Virus record (IMG/VR): IMGVR_UViG_3300027759_000001
Source: a virus
Lineage: Duplodnaviria > Caudoviricetes
Length of the DNA stretch: 64,000 nt
Direction: 5' to 3' (one strand)
In this document: one piece after another, positions 52,465-62,321 of the stretch
How positions within the stretch are numbered: position 1 is the stretch's first letter
Layout: every line of letters starts with the position of its first letter
Position numbers and translations under genes: made by a program
The notes under the pieces: model-generated
What the model saw: the letters and a program-made list of their open reading frames with translations, nothing else
Told to the model about the DNA's origin: nothing
The model's database searches: none

Positions 52465-53304
52465 ATGAAAGATTACCATAAAGTTATTGTTAAAGAAATT
52501 ATCAACGAAATTATTCAGGAAAAACAAACACCGGTAATGAAATATTACGCTTTTGATTGGGATGATAATCTTATGTTTATGCCAACAAAAATATATCTTA
52601 AAGATGATAAAGGTAAAAGTGTTGGAATGTCAACTGAAGATTTTGCGGAATACAGAACTGATATTGGTGAAGAACCTTTTGAATATAAGGGACACACCAT
52701 AGTATCTTTTGATAAAGAACCTTTCAGAGATTTCAGGGTGTCAGGAGACAAACAATTTATAACGGATGCAATGTCTGCACCAACAGGACCGGCATGGGAT
52801 GATTTTGTGGAGGCAGTTAACAATGGTTCAATATTCGCTATTGTTACTGCGAGAGGACACACACCTTCCACGTTAAAAGAGGGGGTTTATAGATTAATTA
52901 AACAGAATAAATATGGTTTGGATTCAAATCAGTTAGCGAAAAATCTTTTAAAGTATAGGGATTTAGCGGATGAAGATAAATTATCTAAAGATCAACTAAT
53001 ACGATCTTACTTAGATATGTGTCGTTTTCACCCTGTGTCTTTCGGAGATGGTTCTGCAACTAACCCCGAACAAGGAAAAATAGATGCAATGGAAGAATTT
53101 GTGGGTTATGTAAAAAACTTATCACATTCATTACAACAAAAGGCATTTATGAAGAACAAGATTAGTAACTACTTTACACCATTTATTGGTTTTTCAGATG
53201 ACGATGTAAGAAATGTAGAAACTATGAAGAAACATTTTGATAAAAAAGAAGATAATATATTAAAGACTTATTTAACTGCAGGAGGACAAAAGAAATTATA
53301 TTAA
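52465..53304 (+). CDS. HAD-superfamily phosphatase-like protein
   Basis: AFDWDDN (DxD), IVTARG, K, FSDDD motifs. Confidence 0.7.
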   Translation: MKDYHKVIVKEIINEIIQEKQTPVMKYYAFDWDDNLMFMPTKIYLKDDKGKSVGMSTEDFAEYRTDIGEEPFEYKGHTIVSFDKEPFRDFRVSGDKQFITDAMSAPTGPAWDDFVEAVNNGSIFAIVTARGHTPSTLKEGVYRLIKQNKYGLDSNQLAKNLLKYRDLADEDKLSKDQLIRSYLDMCRFHPVSFGDGSATNPEQGKIDAMEEFVGYVKNLSHSLQQKAFMKNKISNYFTPFIGFSDDDVRNVETMKKHFDKKEDNILKTYLTAGGQKKLY

Positions 53305-53425
53305 CTAGTTTGTCTGGTCTAGTATAAGAATATGTTCAAAAAAAATGTAAGTAAATAGAAAAAATTCATTATCGTGATATTTATAATAAAAAACTAAAAT
53401 AAACTAAAAAATAAAATAAAAAATT

Positions 53426-53914
53426 ATGGCTGATTTGTTAATGAAAATGCCGATTCCTTACGAACCAAAAAGAGACAATCGTTGGATTTTAAGGTTCCCT
53501 TCATCACTTGGAATTAATGAGTGGTATGTGGAAAGTACTGCGAGACCTAAATTAAAAATCGCTTCAGTTGAGATTCCCTTCTTAAACACTTCAACCTACG
53601 TTGCAGGTAGATTTAACTGGGAAGAAATTTCAGTTAAATTCAGAGATCCAATTGGACCTTCAGCGTCTCAAGCGGTTATGGAATGGATTCGTCTATGTGC
53701 GGAGTCTGTAACAGGTCGTATGGGTTATGCTGCGGGATACAAGAAAAATGTGGATTTGGAAATGTTAGACCCAACAGGAGTTGTTGTTGAGAAATGGATT
53801 TTAGAAGGGGCTTGGTTAACAGGATATGATGGTGGATCGTTAGATTATTCAAGTGATAAGATTGTGGGAATCACTTCAAGTATTCGTATGGATCGTTGTA
53901 TATTAGTATACTAA
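53426..53914 (+). CDS. Tail tube protein (T4 gp19-like)
   Basis: EPKR.NRW, RP......EIPFLN...YVAGR..W..I...F.DP, YKK...L..LDP.G..VE.W.L.GAW. Confidence 0.9.
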   Translation: MADLLMKMPIPYEPKRDNRWILRFPSSLGINEWYVESTARPKLKIASVEIPFLNTSTYVAGRFNWEEISVKFRDPIGPSASQAVMEWIRLCAESVTGRMGYAAGYKKNVDLEMLDPTGVVVEKWILEGAWLTGYDGGSLDYSSDKIVGITSSIRMDRCILVY

Positions 53915-53934
53915 AAAAATTTACTTTTAATATT

Positions 53935-53967
53935 AACCGTGTACATTTATGATGTATACGGTTTTTT
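53935..53967 (+). terminator. Intrinsic terminator after the tube gene
   Basis: 12-bp stem AACCGTGTACAT/ATGTATACGGTT (one G-U pair), 5-nt loop, T-tract. Confidence 0.7.
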
Positions 53968-53999
53968 GTGCAAAAATAAATTAAAAAAATATAAAAAAA

Positions 54000-54764
54000 A
54001 TGGATCAAGACACGGCCTCTCATGGGCAAATGGATTTTAACTTACCACATGACGTGGTAACACTACCTTCAGGTGGTTTATTCTACAAATCAAAAAAGAA
54101 AAGTGTTAAGGTTGGTTACTTAACCGCAAGTGATGAAAATATTTTAGTTAATATTGAATCAAGAAAATCTATTAATGAGGGTGTTGTTTTACCCTTATTA
54201 AGAAATAAACTTTATGAAAAGGACTTAAGACCTGAAGAATTAATGGAAAGTGATATTGAAGCAATCCTTTTATTTTTACGTAATACATCATTTGGTCCTG
54301 AATATAGAATCACAACTATAGACCCTAGTAATGGGCAATCATTTGAAACATCGGTTATGTTGGATGAGTTAAATTTGACAAGACCAAAAGTACAACCTGA
54401 TGAAGATGGAACATTTACGGTTAAATTACCAAAATCAAACGCGGACGTTAAACTTAAAATGTTAAGTTTATATGACACCATTGAAATTGCTAAAATAATT
54501 GACTCATACCCTGTAGGGTATACCGCACCTACAATAACGACAAGATTAAATAAAACTATTTTGGAATTAAATGGTAGTCCAGATAGAAATGAAATAAGTG
54601 TATTTTGTCAAAATATGCCAATTGGTGATTCTAAGTTCATAAGAAATTTCCTTAAAGAAAACGAACCGAGATTGGATCTAAGGAAAACAGTTTACGCCCC
54701 ATCAGGAGAAAAAGTTGATGTCATCATCAACTTTGGGGTGGAGTTTTTTCGGCCTTTCTTCTAA
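54000..54764 (+). CDS. Tail assembly chaperone/baseplate hub assembly protein (T4 gp26-like)
   Basis: V.LPSGG.FY, LTA.DE.IL, D..AILLFLR..SFG.EY; lies between tube and tape measure genes. Confidence 0.7.
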   Translation: MDQDTASHGQMDFNLPHDVVTLPSGGLFYKSKKKSVKVGYLTASDENILVNIESRKSINEGVVLPLLRNKLYEKDLRPEELMESDIEAILLFLRNTSFGPEYRITTIDPSNGQSFETSVMLDELNLTRPKVQPDEDGTFTVKLPKSNADVKLKMLSLYDTIEIAKIIDSYPVGYTAPTITTRLNKTILELNGSPDRNEISVFCQNMPIGDSKFIRNFLKENEPRLDLRKTVYAPSGEKVDVIINFGVEFFRPFF

Positions 54765-54906
54765 CCACTCAAAATTTTTATTAGACGAATTTTATTATTT
54801 AGCAAAATTCTTGAGGATATCGTATAACGATTTCTTAAAACTTCCAACCTACATCAGAAGATATCTCTTAGATAAGATAGTTGAGGAAAATACTCCTAAA
54901 ACCTAA
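54715..54906 (+). CDS. Small gp51/gpT-like chaperone segment, possibly expressed by frameshift from the upstream gene
   Basis: E.YYL.K....SY.D..K.P...R.Y....I.E. Lies in the +1 frame and overlaps GAG TTT TTT CGG. Confidence 0.55.
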   Translation: MMSSSTLGWSFFGLSSNHSKFLLDEFYYLAKFLRISYNDFLKLPTYIRRYLLDKIVEENTPKT

Positions 54907-54935
54907 TGATTAAATATTTATTGTAAAAACTATCA

Positions 54936-56888
54936 ATGGGACCAAAATTTGATTTTAAAACCGCAACCAACGAACAGATAACGGAGTATATTAAAACACT
55001 TGTTGATGCCGGTTATCAAGAAGGTAAATCTGATGGGGAAGAAATTCAAACCGAAAGATCTTATACGTCGAAGAAAGGTGATGCGGGAGATACAAACACA
55101 GCATATATAACTGATGTTACCAACCTTACCGAAGTGGGAAAGGGGTTAGAATCCGTTATCAAAGATTTTACTGCTGCTGCTAATCCAGAAAATTTTAAAG
55201 GAGCCGATTATTTACGAGACGCATCTCAAGAAATGGCAAATTCGTTAGGTCTTGGTCAGGCTAGAATGTCTGAAATGAAAACAACAATTGCCGATGCGTT
55301 ACCTGAAATGCTCAGACTTGGAATTGAAGAAAACGATGCGTTAGACGCTATGGTAAATATACCAAAAGAGTTGGGTATTAACACTTCTTTAGGTAAAGAG
55401 GCTCTTGTTGAGATGGCGGTAGCCGCTAATGTAACGGGTGTAAATGTAGGTAAATTAGCGACAGAATTTAAGGGTGTTGGTATTTCATTATATGATGTTG
55501 GTGATAAAATGGCCGAAGTTGCAAATTATGCTAAAAGTGTTGGAGTAAACGTAAAGGCGGTTTCAAGTGAGGTTGTTACTAATTTAAAACAATTAAATTT
55601 ATTCAATTTTGATAGTGGTGTTAAAGGGTTGGCTAAAATGGCGGCACAAGCGTCTATGTTAGGTATTGATATGGCCACCACATTTGAATTGGCAGAAGAT
55701 CTTATGTCACCTGAAAAGGCAATTGAGATGTCGGCAGCACTACAACGTTTAGGTGTTTCAAGTAGTGCGTTATTAGATCCATTGAAAGCGATGGATTTGG
55801 CTCAAAATGATCCTGAAGCATTACAAAAAGAAATGATTAATGTTTCTAAAGAATTTACCAAATTAAAAGCGGATGGTTCAGGTTTTGAAATTTTACCTGG
55901 TGCAAAACGTAGGTTAAGAGAAGTTGCGGAAGCGATGGGTATGAGCGCCACTGAATTGGCAAATATGTCAATTAAAAGTGCTGATTTGGACATGAAGATG
56001 AGTAAAATTAAATTCCCAAGTTTGGCGTCATCTGAAGAGGATAAATTGTTAATTGCTAATATGGCCCAAATGAAAGGTGGCGAGGCGGTACTTCAGATTA
56101 GAAATGACAAAACAGGTGAAATGGATGACATTAATGTTAAAGATTTAACGGCAGATCAAATTACAAAATTAAAAGAACAACAATCAAATGAAAATAAAAC
56201 AATTGAAGAAATTGCTTTAGATCAATTAACTGCTTTAGAAAAAATTAACACCTCGTTAAATGCGGGTAAACAGGCGGTAAATCTTGGTAAGGCATCAACA
56301 CCAACAATGGATAGGTTTTATAATGTTATTAATAACGCCGGAGCAATAAGTGCAACAAATTTAACTAAAGGTATTACAACAGAAAATGTTAGGGGAGCGG
56401 CAACTGAAGTCCTTACTCCTTTAGAAGAACAAGTAGTTAAATTCTTTCAAGGTGATGCTACTTGGGCATCAGTTACGGAAACTTTAGTTGGGGTTAAAGA
56501 CAGTCTTTTGGGTATTGCTGGCGATCTTACTAAAGGCGGGTCAAATGTTTTACTTAAAACAAGTACGGATGTAATTAATATGTTTACTAAAGAATATTCT
56601 TCAGCTGGTGTAAACCCAACTCAAATGACATTTGATCCAAATAATCCATTTTTAACACAGATGACGGATTGGGTTGACCAATTAACAAAAGGTGGAGTTA
56701 AGGAAACAAAATCTACCTCTGACGTTAATCTTAATATTAAAGTAGATGGATCAAGTACGTTACCAAACGGACTAAGTGCGGAAGTATTTAAACCTGCCTT
56801 TGAAAGATATTTAAGTGAACCAGCAAATACATCTAAAGTAAAAGAAATATTAGGATCTAATAATTCAGGACTTCTTACAAATCAATAA
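54936..56888 (+). CDS. Tape measure-like protein (650 aa)
   Basis: Ala/Gly/Met-rich helical composition and canonical position after the chaperones. Confidence 0.7.
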   Translation: MGPKFDFKTATNEQITEYIKTLVDAGYQEGKSDGEEIQTERSYTSKKGDAGDTNTAYITDVTNLTEVGKGLESVIKDFTAAANPENFKGADYLRDASQEMANSLGLGQARMSEMKTTIADALPEMLRLGIEENDALDAMVNIPKELGINTSLGKEALVEMAVAANVTGVNVGKLATEFKGVGISLYDVGDKMAEVANYAKSVGVNVKAVSSEVVTNLKQLNLFNFDSGVKGLAKMAAQASMLGIDMATTFELAEDLMSPEKAIEMSAALQRLGVSSSALLDPLKAMDLAQNDPEALQKEMINVSKEFTKLKADGSGFEILPGAKRRLREVAEAMGMSATELANMSIKSADLDMKMSKIKFPSLASSEEDKLLIANMAQMKGGEAVLQIRNDKTGEMDDINVKDLTADQITKLKEQQSNENKTIEEIALDQLTALEKINTSLNAGKQAVNLGKASTPTMDRFYNVINNAGAISATNLTKGITTENVRGAATEVLTPLEEQVVKFFQGDATWASVTETLVGVKDSLLGIAGDLTKGGSNVLLKTSTDVINMFTKEYSSAGVNPTQMTFDPNNPFLTQMTDWVDQLTKGGVKETKSTSDVNLNIKVDGSSTLPNGLSAEVFKPAFERYLSEPANTSKVKEILGSNNSGLLTNQ

Positions 56889-56952
56889 TAGAAAATTATC
56901 AAAATTATGTTTTCTATAAAAAAGATCTCAAGGTATTTATTAATAAAAAAGT

Positions 56953-59900
56953 ATGTCGGATAGTACATTATCGTTTGCGTCCTCGTCAAATTTTAGGGAT
57001 ATATTATTAGCCCGTAATTTACAACCATATTCGGTACCAGGGTCTTATTCTCCTAGTAGTAATAGTGTTAATTACGAGACTAATCTTTCTGTAGCAAATG
57101 TTATTGACTCACCAAACGGATTAATTTCAACAAACCAACTTGCTAATAGTTTATATTCACTCAATGAATACGGACCCGAAGGTGGTTATGACGGGAAATA
57201 TTCTGTACCTGGAGCACCACTACCCGTGGAATCAAATTCAGGGCCATACGCACCAACAGATACAGTATTAGATTTAGTTAATGAGTTTTATATTGATGCG
57301 GCATACGTACAAAACATTTACGGACCTGAAGGTGGTTTTAAAGATTTAGTTATTATAACCGATGTGGTTGGTAATCCTAAAATGTATACACCATATTGGG
57401 ATCCCTCAACATTTGTAACCTCATCCTATTCTCCATACGAGATAGTTTTTAGTAATAATCCAAATGGAAGTAATGGTCCTCTATCTCAAGATACTTATTT
57501 AGCAAAAATTGGTGCGGCACAACTTAAAAGTTTATTTGAAGAAAGAATTGCAAGTGAAATACTACAAGCAAGTGTTGGTAGTGTTAATTTAGATTCATTA
57601 CAAGATCCGTTTAGTGCAAGTATGATTGCCACAGGTCAACAACCATTCTTTACAAAAAATTGGAGAATTACCGTACCTGAAAACCCAATAAGTGCTTCTG
57701 TAACATTGGCAAATAGATTAACAGGAACATATTTCCCTGTATCATTTATTCCTGGTGATTATTTTGATGAATCGTTTATAGATAATCCACAAACTGAAGC
57801 TGCTTTAAATGTTGCAAATAATTTAACAGGTGGATTTTTGGGACCAATCTTAAATAAATTTAAGAATCCCTCTGAAATATTTGTTGCAAACACAGGATTT
57901 GGACAAAGGTCAGTATTATTCTCAAGTTTAGATTATAATAAATATAGACCGGCTTATAGTAGAGGTATCATACAAGGTGCAACAACTGCAATAGATAGAT
58001 TATTCAATCAAGATAAATCACAAAGTGGTGGTTATTATGTTGGTAGTCCGAATTCTGAACCTTCTCAGATTGATTCACCGGCAAATCAAGTCCCAATTGG
58101 GAAAAATGGTAGACAAGTACAAACTATTGTTTATGGACCACAAGAACTTGGTATTCTATATGAAGGTAATGAAGCTCAATTACAATTTGGTTTAAAAGGA
58201 AAATCATATACCGATGGTGGTGGTATTGATGGGCAATTTATTTGGACATCACCAAAATATAAAGACAATGCAGGATTTAAAGTGGGTCCTGGTGGAGTTG
58301 TCACAAGATTAGATAATGAATTTGAAACAATTAAAAGTGATTATGGTAGATACCAATCAACAGATATTGATTTCAAAGGTGATTCAATCTTAGATAAAAC
58401 ACAAAGACTTATTGAATCTGCGGATCAAGTACAAGGTCAAGCAAGATTAAAACACGTTGGTAATGCAATTAACCAAGTGTCTAAGGTATTCAACGATGGG
58501 TACAAAGAGATGACAAAGGGTTCTATGGTATTATCTTATACTGATCAAGCTGATGGGTCTCAAGCGGGTATTGAGTATTGTAGAGTGTTCCAAAAAGACA
58601 CACCTTACTTTACATATGCTGACTTACAAAAGAGTGATGGTATTACAACTGAAGGTAGAAAATTCTCGTATTCAGTTTTGGATAAGACATATAATCTTAA
58701 CATTGCTCCACTTAAAAATCCTGGATCAACAAATATTGTAGATAACAAAGTTAAAAAATATATGTTCTCTATTGAAAATTTAGCGTGGAGAACTTCAGAT
58801 AGACCTGGATTTACTTACGATGATTTACCTGTTTGTGAAAAAGGACCAAATGGAGGTAGAGTCATGTGGTTTCCACCATATGATATTTCATTTAGTGATG
58901 ATAGTACTCCTGATTTCTCATCAACTAATTTCTTGGGTAGACCCGAACCAATATACACTTATAAGAACACTTCAAGAAAGGGTAGTATAAGTTGGAAGAT
59001 TGTTGTGGATCATCCGGCAATTATGAATACTATTATTCAGAAACAATTGGCGGGAGTTGCAAAACAAAGAGTAGATTCAATTGTTGATTCATTCTTTGCG
59101 GGGTGTACAAAATATGATATGTATGAATTAGGTATTAAATTTAACACAATACCGACAAGAGATTTATTTACATACCAACAAATATTAAATAACCCAAGAT
59201 TAACCAATGAAGAGTTGGGTCAGGTTGCGTTTGAAATACCTGTTGATCCTCAAGTTATTGTTGAAAAAACTGCGGAAGGTGGTGATAGTGGAAAAGATGG
59301 CACGGGTAGTAATAGTACCATAACAAATGCAACATCAACATTACAAAATTCGGATGAGTTAAAAGAATTTTTAAATTATGCATTTTATTTTGAAAATGAT
59401 TGTCCTGAATGTTACGGTTCATATGCAACAACCTCATCAAAACCATTTGATAGTTGGTATGATTCATATATTCCTAAACAAAGTACAACATATGTAACAA
59501 AAGCTCCGGCAACAGTTTATGTTGGATCAGAACCGTTTACCAAAGAAGGTGTACAAACATTTTTTAATAATGTAATTAAAAATAATTTTGATAAATTAAA
59601 AACTGATTTCTTAAAAAAATTAAAAGAAATAATAATAGATAAAAATGGTACGGTTGTATTAACATTAAGAGGTTCGGCATCGGCACCTGCAAAAGTAGGG
59701 TATAACAAAAAATTATCACAAAGAAGGGTAGATAGTGTACAAAAATGGTTTAAAAATCAAAAACTTGGGGATAAACTTATAAGTGAATTACCTGAAGATA
59801 AATTTAAAATTATAATTGAAACACAGGGTGAGGAGGAAGTCGTAACTGTTGGTAATTCTAGTTCTAATACCGCATCTGCAAGTGGATCCACTAGTCCTGT

Positions 59901-61995
59901 AAATGGTATATCTGTTAATTGTAGTACAAATATAACTACAACTCCGTCTGTGAATACAACTGGTGGTGATATTGTGGGAGCTTCTTCTAATAGTGCAGCG
60001 CAATGGTGGTCAGTACCTGCAATGGCTTGTAGACGAGTTGCTTTAACTAAAATTGAGGCTAAGGTCCCACCCGACCCAATCCCTGTTGAAAAACCAAAAG
60101 ACCCAAAAGAAAATGAGACAGGAGATGGTGACGGAACTAACACATTTAAACCTGGTGATCCATCTAAAACAATCAAACCATCACCTAATTTAAGGATTGA
60201 ACAAAAAATTAAAGAAGGTATATCTAAAAAAATATTAAGATTTTTATTCTCAGAATGTGATTACTTTGAGGTTATTAAGGAAAGTGATCCTATGATATAT
60301 GATAGTATCAAACAAAAGATTAAGTACTTTAATCCTGCGTTCCACTCAACAACACCTGAGGGATTAAATGCTAGACTAACGTTTTTGAATCAATGTATGA
60401 GACCTGGTCAAACAATTCCTGTAATTGGACCTGATGGTAGACCAAAATATAATGATGCGTTAAATACGTCATTTGGAGCACCTCCAATCTTAATTTTAAG
60501 AATGGGTGACTTTTATAATAGTAAGATTGTCCCAACATCATTATCTATTGCTTATGATCCAATAACATTTGATTTAAATCCTGAAGGTATTGGTGTACAA
60601 CCAATGATTGCTAAAGTGACAATGGCGTTTAACTTTATTGGTGGTCATGGACTTAAAGAACCTGTTGAAGAATTACAAAACGCATTATCGTTTAACTATT
60701 ATGCGAACACCGAAATTTATGACGAAAGAGCAACGGCAACTGAAAGTACTGAGGCAAGAGATAAATACATGGTTGAGAAGATATTGGCTAACCAACCAAA
60801 AGTAACAACTGCCAGTGTTGTAAATCAACAACCAAAAAGAGGTGGGGAAGCAATTGGAACAATATCGGGGGATACTGATATTGATTACACTAAATTCGTA
60901 AATGACTATTGGAATAGTACTAAAGAATATTTTGATGCTTATATTAATACAAATGCGACAATTGGTAAAAACTATAACATAGGTATTTTAGATTTATTAT
61001 TTACAGAAAGAGATTACTCTACAGGTACTGCAGAATTTACACCTGTAATTGAAGTTCCAATTTATGGTAAACCAAGTAATGTTGAAGACAAATTGGATAA
61101 ATTATTTAATAAAGTTAATGGGGATATTTCACAAAGGAACGATCCTTTTATGCAAGTGGTTACCATAAATGATCAATCTATAACTAATGGTGACAAAAGA
61201 GAAATTGAAAATAAATTAAAAGAGTATGTAACAGGAATTAAAACAGATTTTATTACAAATGTTAGTAATAGTGTAAACGATTTAGTTTTATTACAACAGG
61301 ACTATATTCAATATATAAGAAAGGCAAATTTGGTATTATCAAAAACTGACGGAATAATGAATTCAAATAATGAACCTGATGTCTATGATATTTCAGGAGT
61401 TACAGATTCATTTACTCAGTTACAAACTTATTTGAAAAAAATAACAGATAAACATATTGAATTTTATCTTGTAAATGAAGGAATAGTTGAAGCACAGGAA
61501 TGTTTATATTTAAAAGAAGATTATTATAAAAAATTATCTTCAACTTTTACAGATGATAGAGGTGGTCCCCCTAGTGATTATAAAACCTCTAGGGAAAATT
61601 TAATGAATAGTGATCCTTCTAATAGATTTTATCAAGTGATGGCAAACATATTTAATGATGAAAATAGTAAAAATGAGTTAAAAACGTTCATACTTAATGG
61701 CCAATATAGTAACATAACTTTTGTTACGGATGTTGTTGATAAAGCAATTTTAAGTTGTTCAAATAACTTTAACCCATACACTAAAGTTAATAAAGATAGT
61801 TATGACAAAATAAAGACCAATCAATTATATTTAAATTTAATGATAAGTCCAATAGAGGATGATGTTAAATTTGGATTAACATATAAAAAAGTTAGTGGTA
61901 CCTCATCACAAAAAAAGGCGGTAAAAGAATTATATTCAAATGTGAATGTGGATAATAAAGAAAAAACCTTTGATGGTAAAATTAAATTTAATTAA
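56953..61995 (+). CDS. Large baseplate/tube-initiator protein with an inserted OmpA-like peptidoglycan-binding domain
   Basis: FPPYD..FSD...DF....FLGRPEPIYTY.NT.R motif; YFEND...LRGSASA......N..LS.RR..SV...GE...RRV. Confidence 0.6.
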   Translation: MSDSTLSFASSSNFRDILLARNLQPYSVPGSYSPSSNSVNYETNLSVANVIDSPNGLISTNQLANSLYSLNEYGPEGGYDGKYSVPGAPLPVESNSGPYAPTDTVLDLVNEFYIDAAYVQNIYGPEGGFKDLVIITDVVGNPKMYTPYWDPSTFVTSSYSPYEIVFSNNPNGSNGPLSQDTYLAKIGAAQLKSLFEERIASEILQASVGSVNLDSLQDPFSASMIATGQQPFFTKNWRITVPENPISASVTLANRLTGTYFPVSFIPGDYFDESFIDNPQTEAALNVANNLTGGFLGPILNKFKNPSEIFVANTGFGQRSVLFSSLDYNKYRPAYSRGIIQGATTAIDRLFNQDKSQSGGYYVGSPNSEPSQIDSPANQVPIGKNGRQVQTIVYGPQELGILYEGNEAQLQFGLKGKSYTDGGGIDGQFIWTSPKYKDNAGFKVGPGGVVTRLDNEFETIKSDYGRYQSTDIDFKGDSILDKTQRLIESADQVQGQARLKHVGNAINQVSKVFNDGYKEMTKGSMVLSYTDQADGSQAGIEYCRVFQKDTPYFTYADLQKSDGITTEGRKFSYSVLDKTYNLNIAPLKNPGSTNIVDNKVKKYMFSIENLAWRTSDRPGFTYDDLPVCEKGPNGGRVMWFPPYDISFSDDSTPDFSSTNFLGRPEPIYTYKNTSRKGSISWKIVVDHPAIMNTIIQKQLAGVAKQRVDSIVDSFFAGCTKYDMYELGIKFNTIPTRDLFTYQQILNNPRLTNEELGQVAFEIPVDPQVIVEKTAEGGDSGKDGTGSNSTITNATSTLQNSDELKEFLNYAFYFENDCPECYGSYATTSSKPFDSWYDSYIPKQSTTYVTKAPATVYVGSEPFTKEGVQTFFNNVIKNNFDKLKTDFLKKLKEIIIDKNGTVVLTLRGSASAPAKVGYNKKLSQRRVDSVQKWFKNQKLGDKLISELPEDKFKIIIETQGEEEVVTVGNSSSNTASASGSTSPVNGISVNCSTNITTTPSVNTTGGDIVGASSNSAAQWWSVPAMACRRVALTKIEAKVPPDPIPVEKPKDPKENETGDGDGTNTFKPGDPSKTIKPSPNLRIEQKIKEGISKKILRFLFSECDYFEVIKESDPMIYDSIKQKIKYFNPAFHSTTPEGLNARLTFLNQCMRPGQTIPVIGPDGRPKYNDALNTSFGAPPILILRMGDFYNSKIVPTSLSIAYDPITFDLNPEGIGVQPMIAKVTMAFNFIGGHGLKEPVEELQNALSFNYYANTEIYDERATATESTEARDKYMVEKILANQPKVTTASVVNQQPKRGGEAIGTISGDTDIDYTKFVNDYWNSTKEYFDAYINTNATIGKNYNIGILDLLFTERDYSTGTAEFTPVIEVPIYGKPSNVEDKLDKLFNKVNGDISQRNDPFMQVVTINDQSITNGDKREIENKLKEYVTGIKTDFITNVSNSVNDLVLLQQDYIQYIRKANLVLSKTDGIMNSNNEPDVYDISGVTDSFTQLQTYLKKITDKHIEFYLVNEGIVEAQECLYLKEDYYKKLSSTFTDDRGGPPSDYKTSRENLMNSDPSNRFYQVMANIFNDENSKNELKTFILNGQYSNITFVTDVVDKAILSCSNNFNPYTKVNKDSYDKIKTNQLYLNLMISPIEDDVKFGLTYKKVSGTSSQKKAVKELYSNVNVDNKEKTFDGKIKFN

Positions 61996-61997
61996 AA

Positions 61998-62321
61998 ATG
62001 AATTTACAATATTATAACAGATATAATGAGTTTTTAATAAATGGACAACAAACAGTTGTTCCGTACATAAATTTACCTGCAAAAACAACTGATAAAAATT
62101 TCATATACAAAGTTGGACAATCAAGGTTAGATAAGGTATCATTCCAATTTTATAATACACCATATTTTGGTTGGTTAGTACAAATGGCAAACCCCCAATA
62201 TAGTGGTATGGAATCAAACATACCCGATGGAGCAATTTTAACAATACCATTCCCCCTTGTTAAGTCATTACAGGATTATAAAAACGAATTAGAAAATTAT
62301 TACTTCTATTATGGTAGATAA
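61998..62321 (+). CDS. LysM-like baseplate wedge protein (gp53/P2 gpX-like)
   Basis: RLDKVS.QFY..P..GWL...ANP......IP.G..L.IP. Confidence 0.7.
   Translation: MNLQYYNRYNEFLINGQQTVVPYINLPAKTTDKNFIYKVGQSRLDKVSFQFYNTPYFGWLVQMANPQYSGMESNIPDGAILTIPFPLVKSLQDYKNELENYYFYYGR

Noticed and set aside
53305-53330. Short inverted repeat ACTAG...CTAGT after the HAD gene
   Set aside because: A 5-bp stem with no U-tract is too weak to call.
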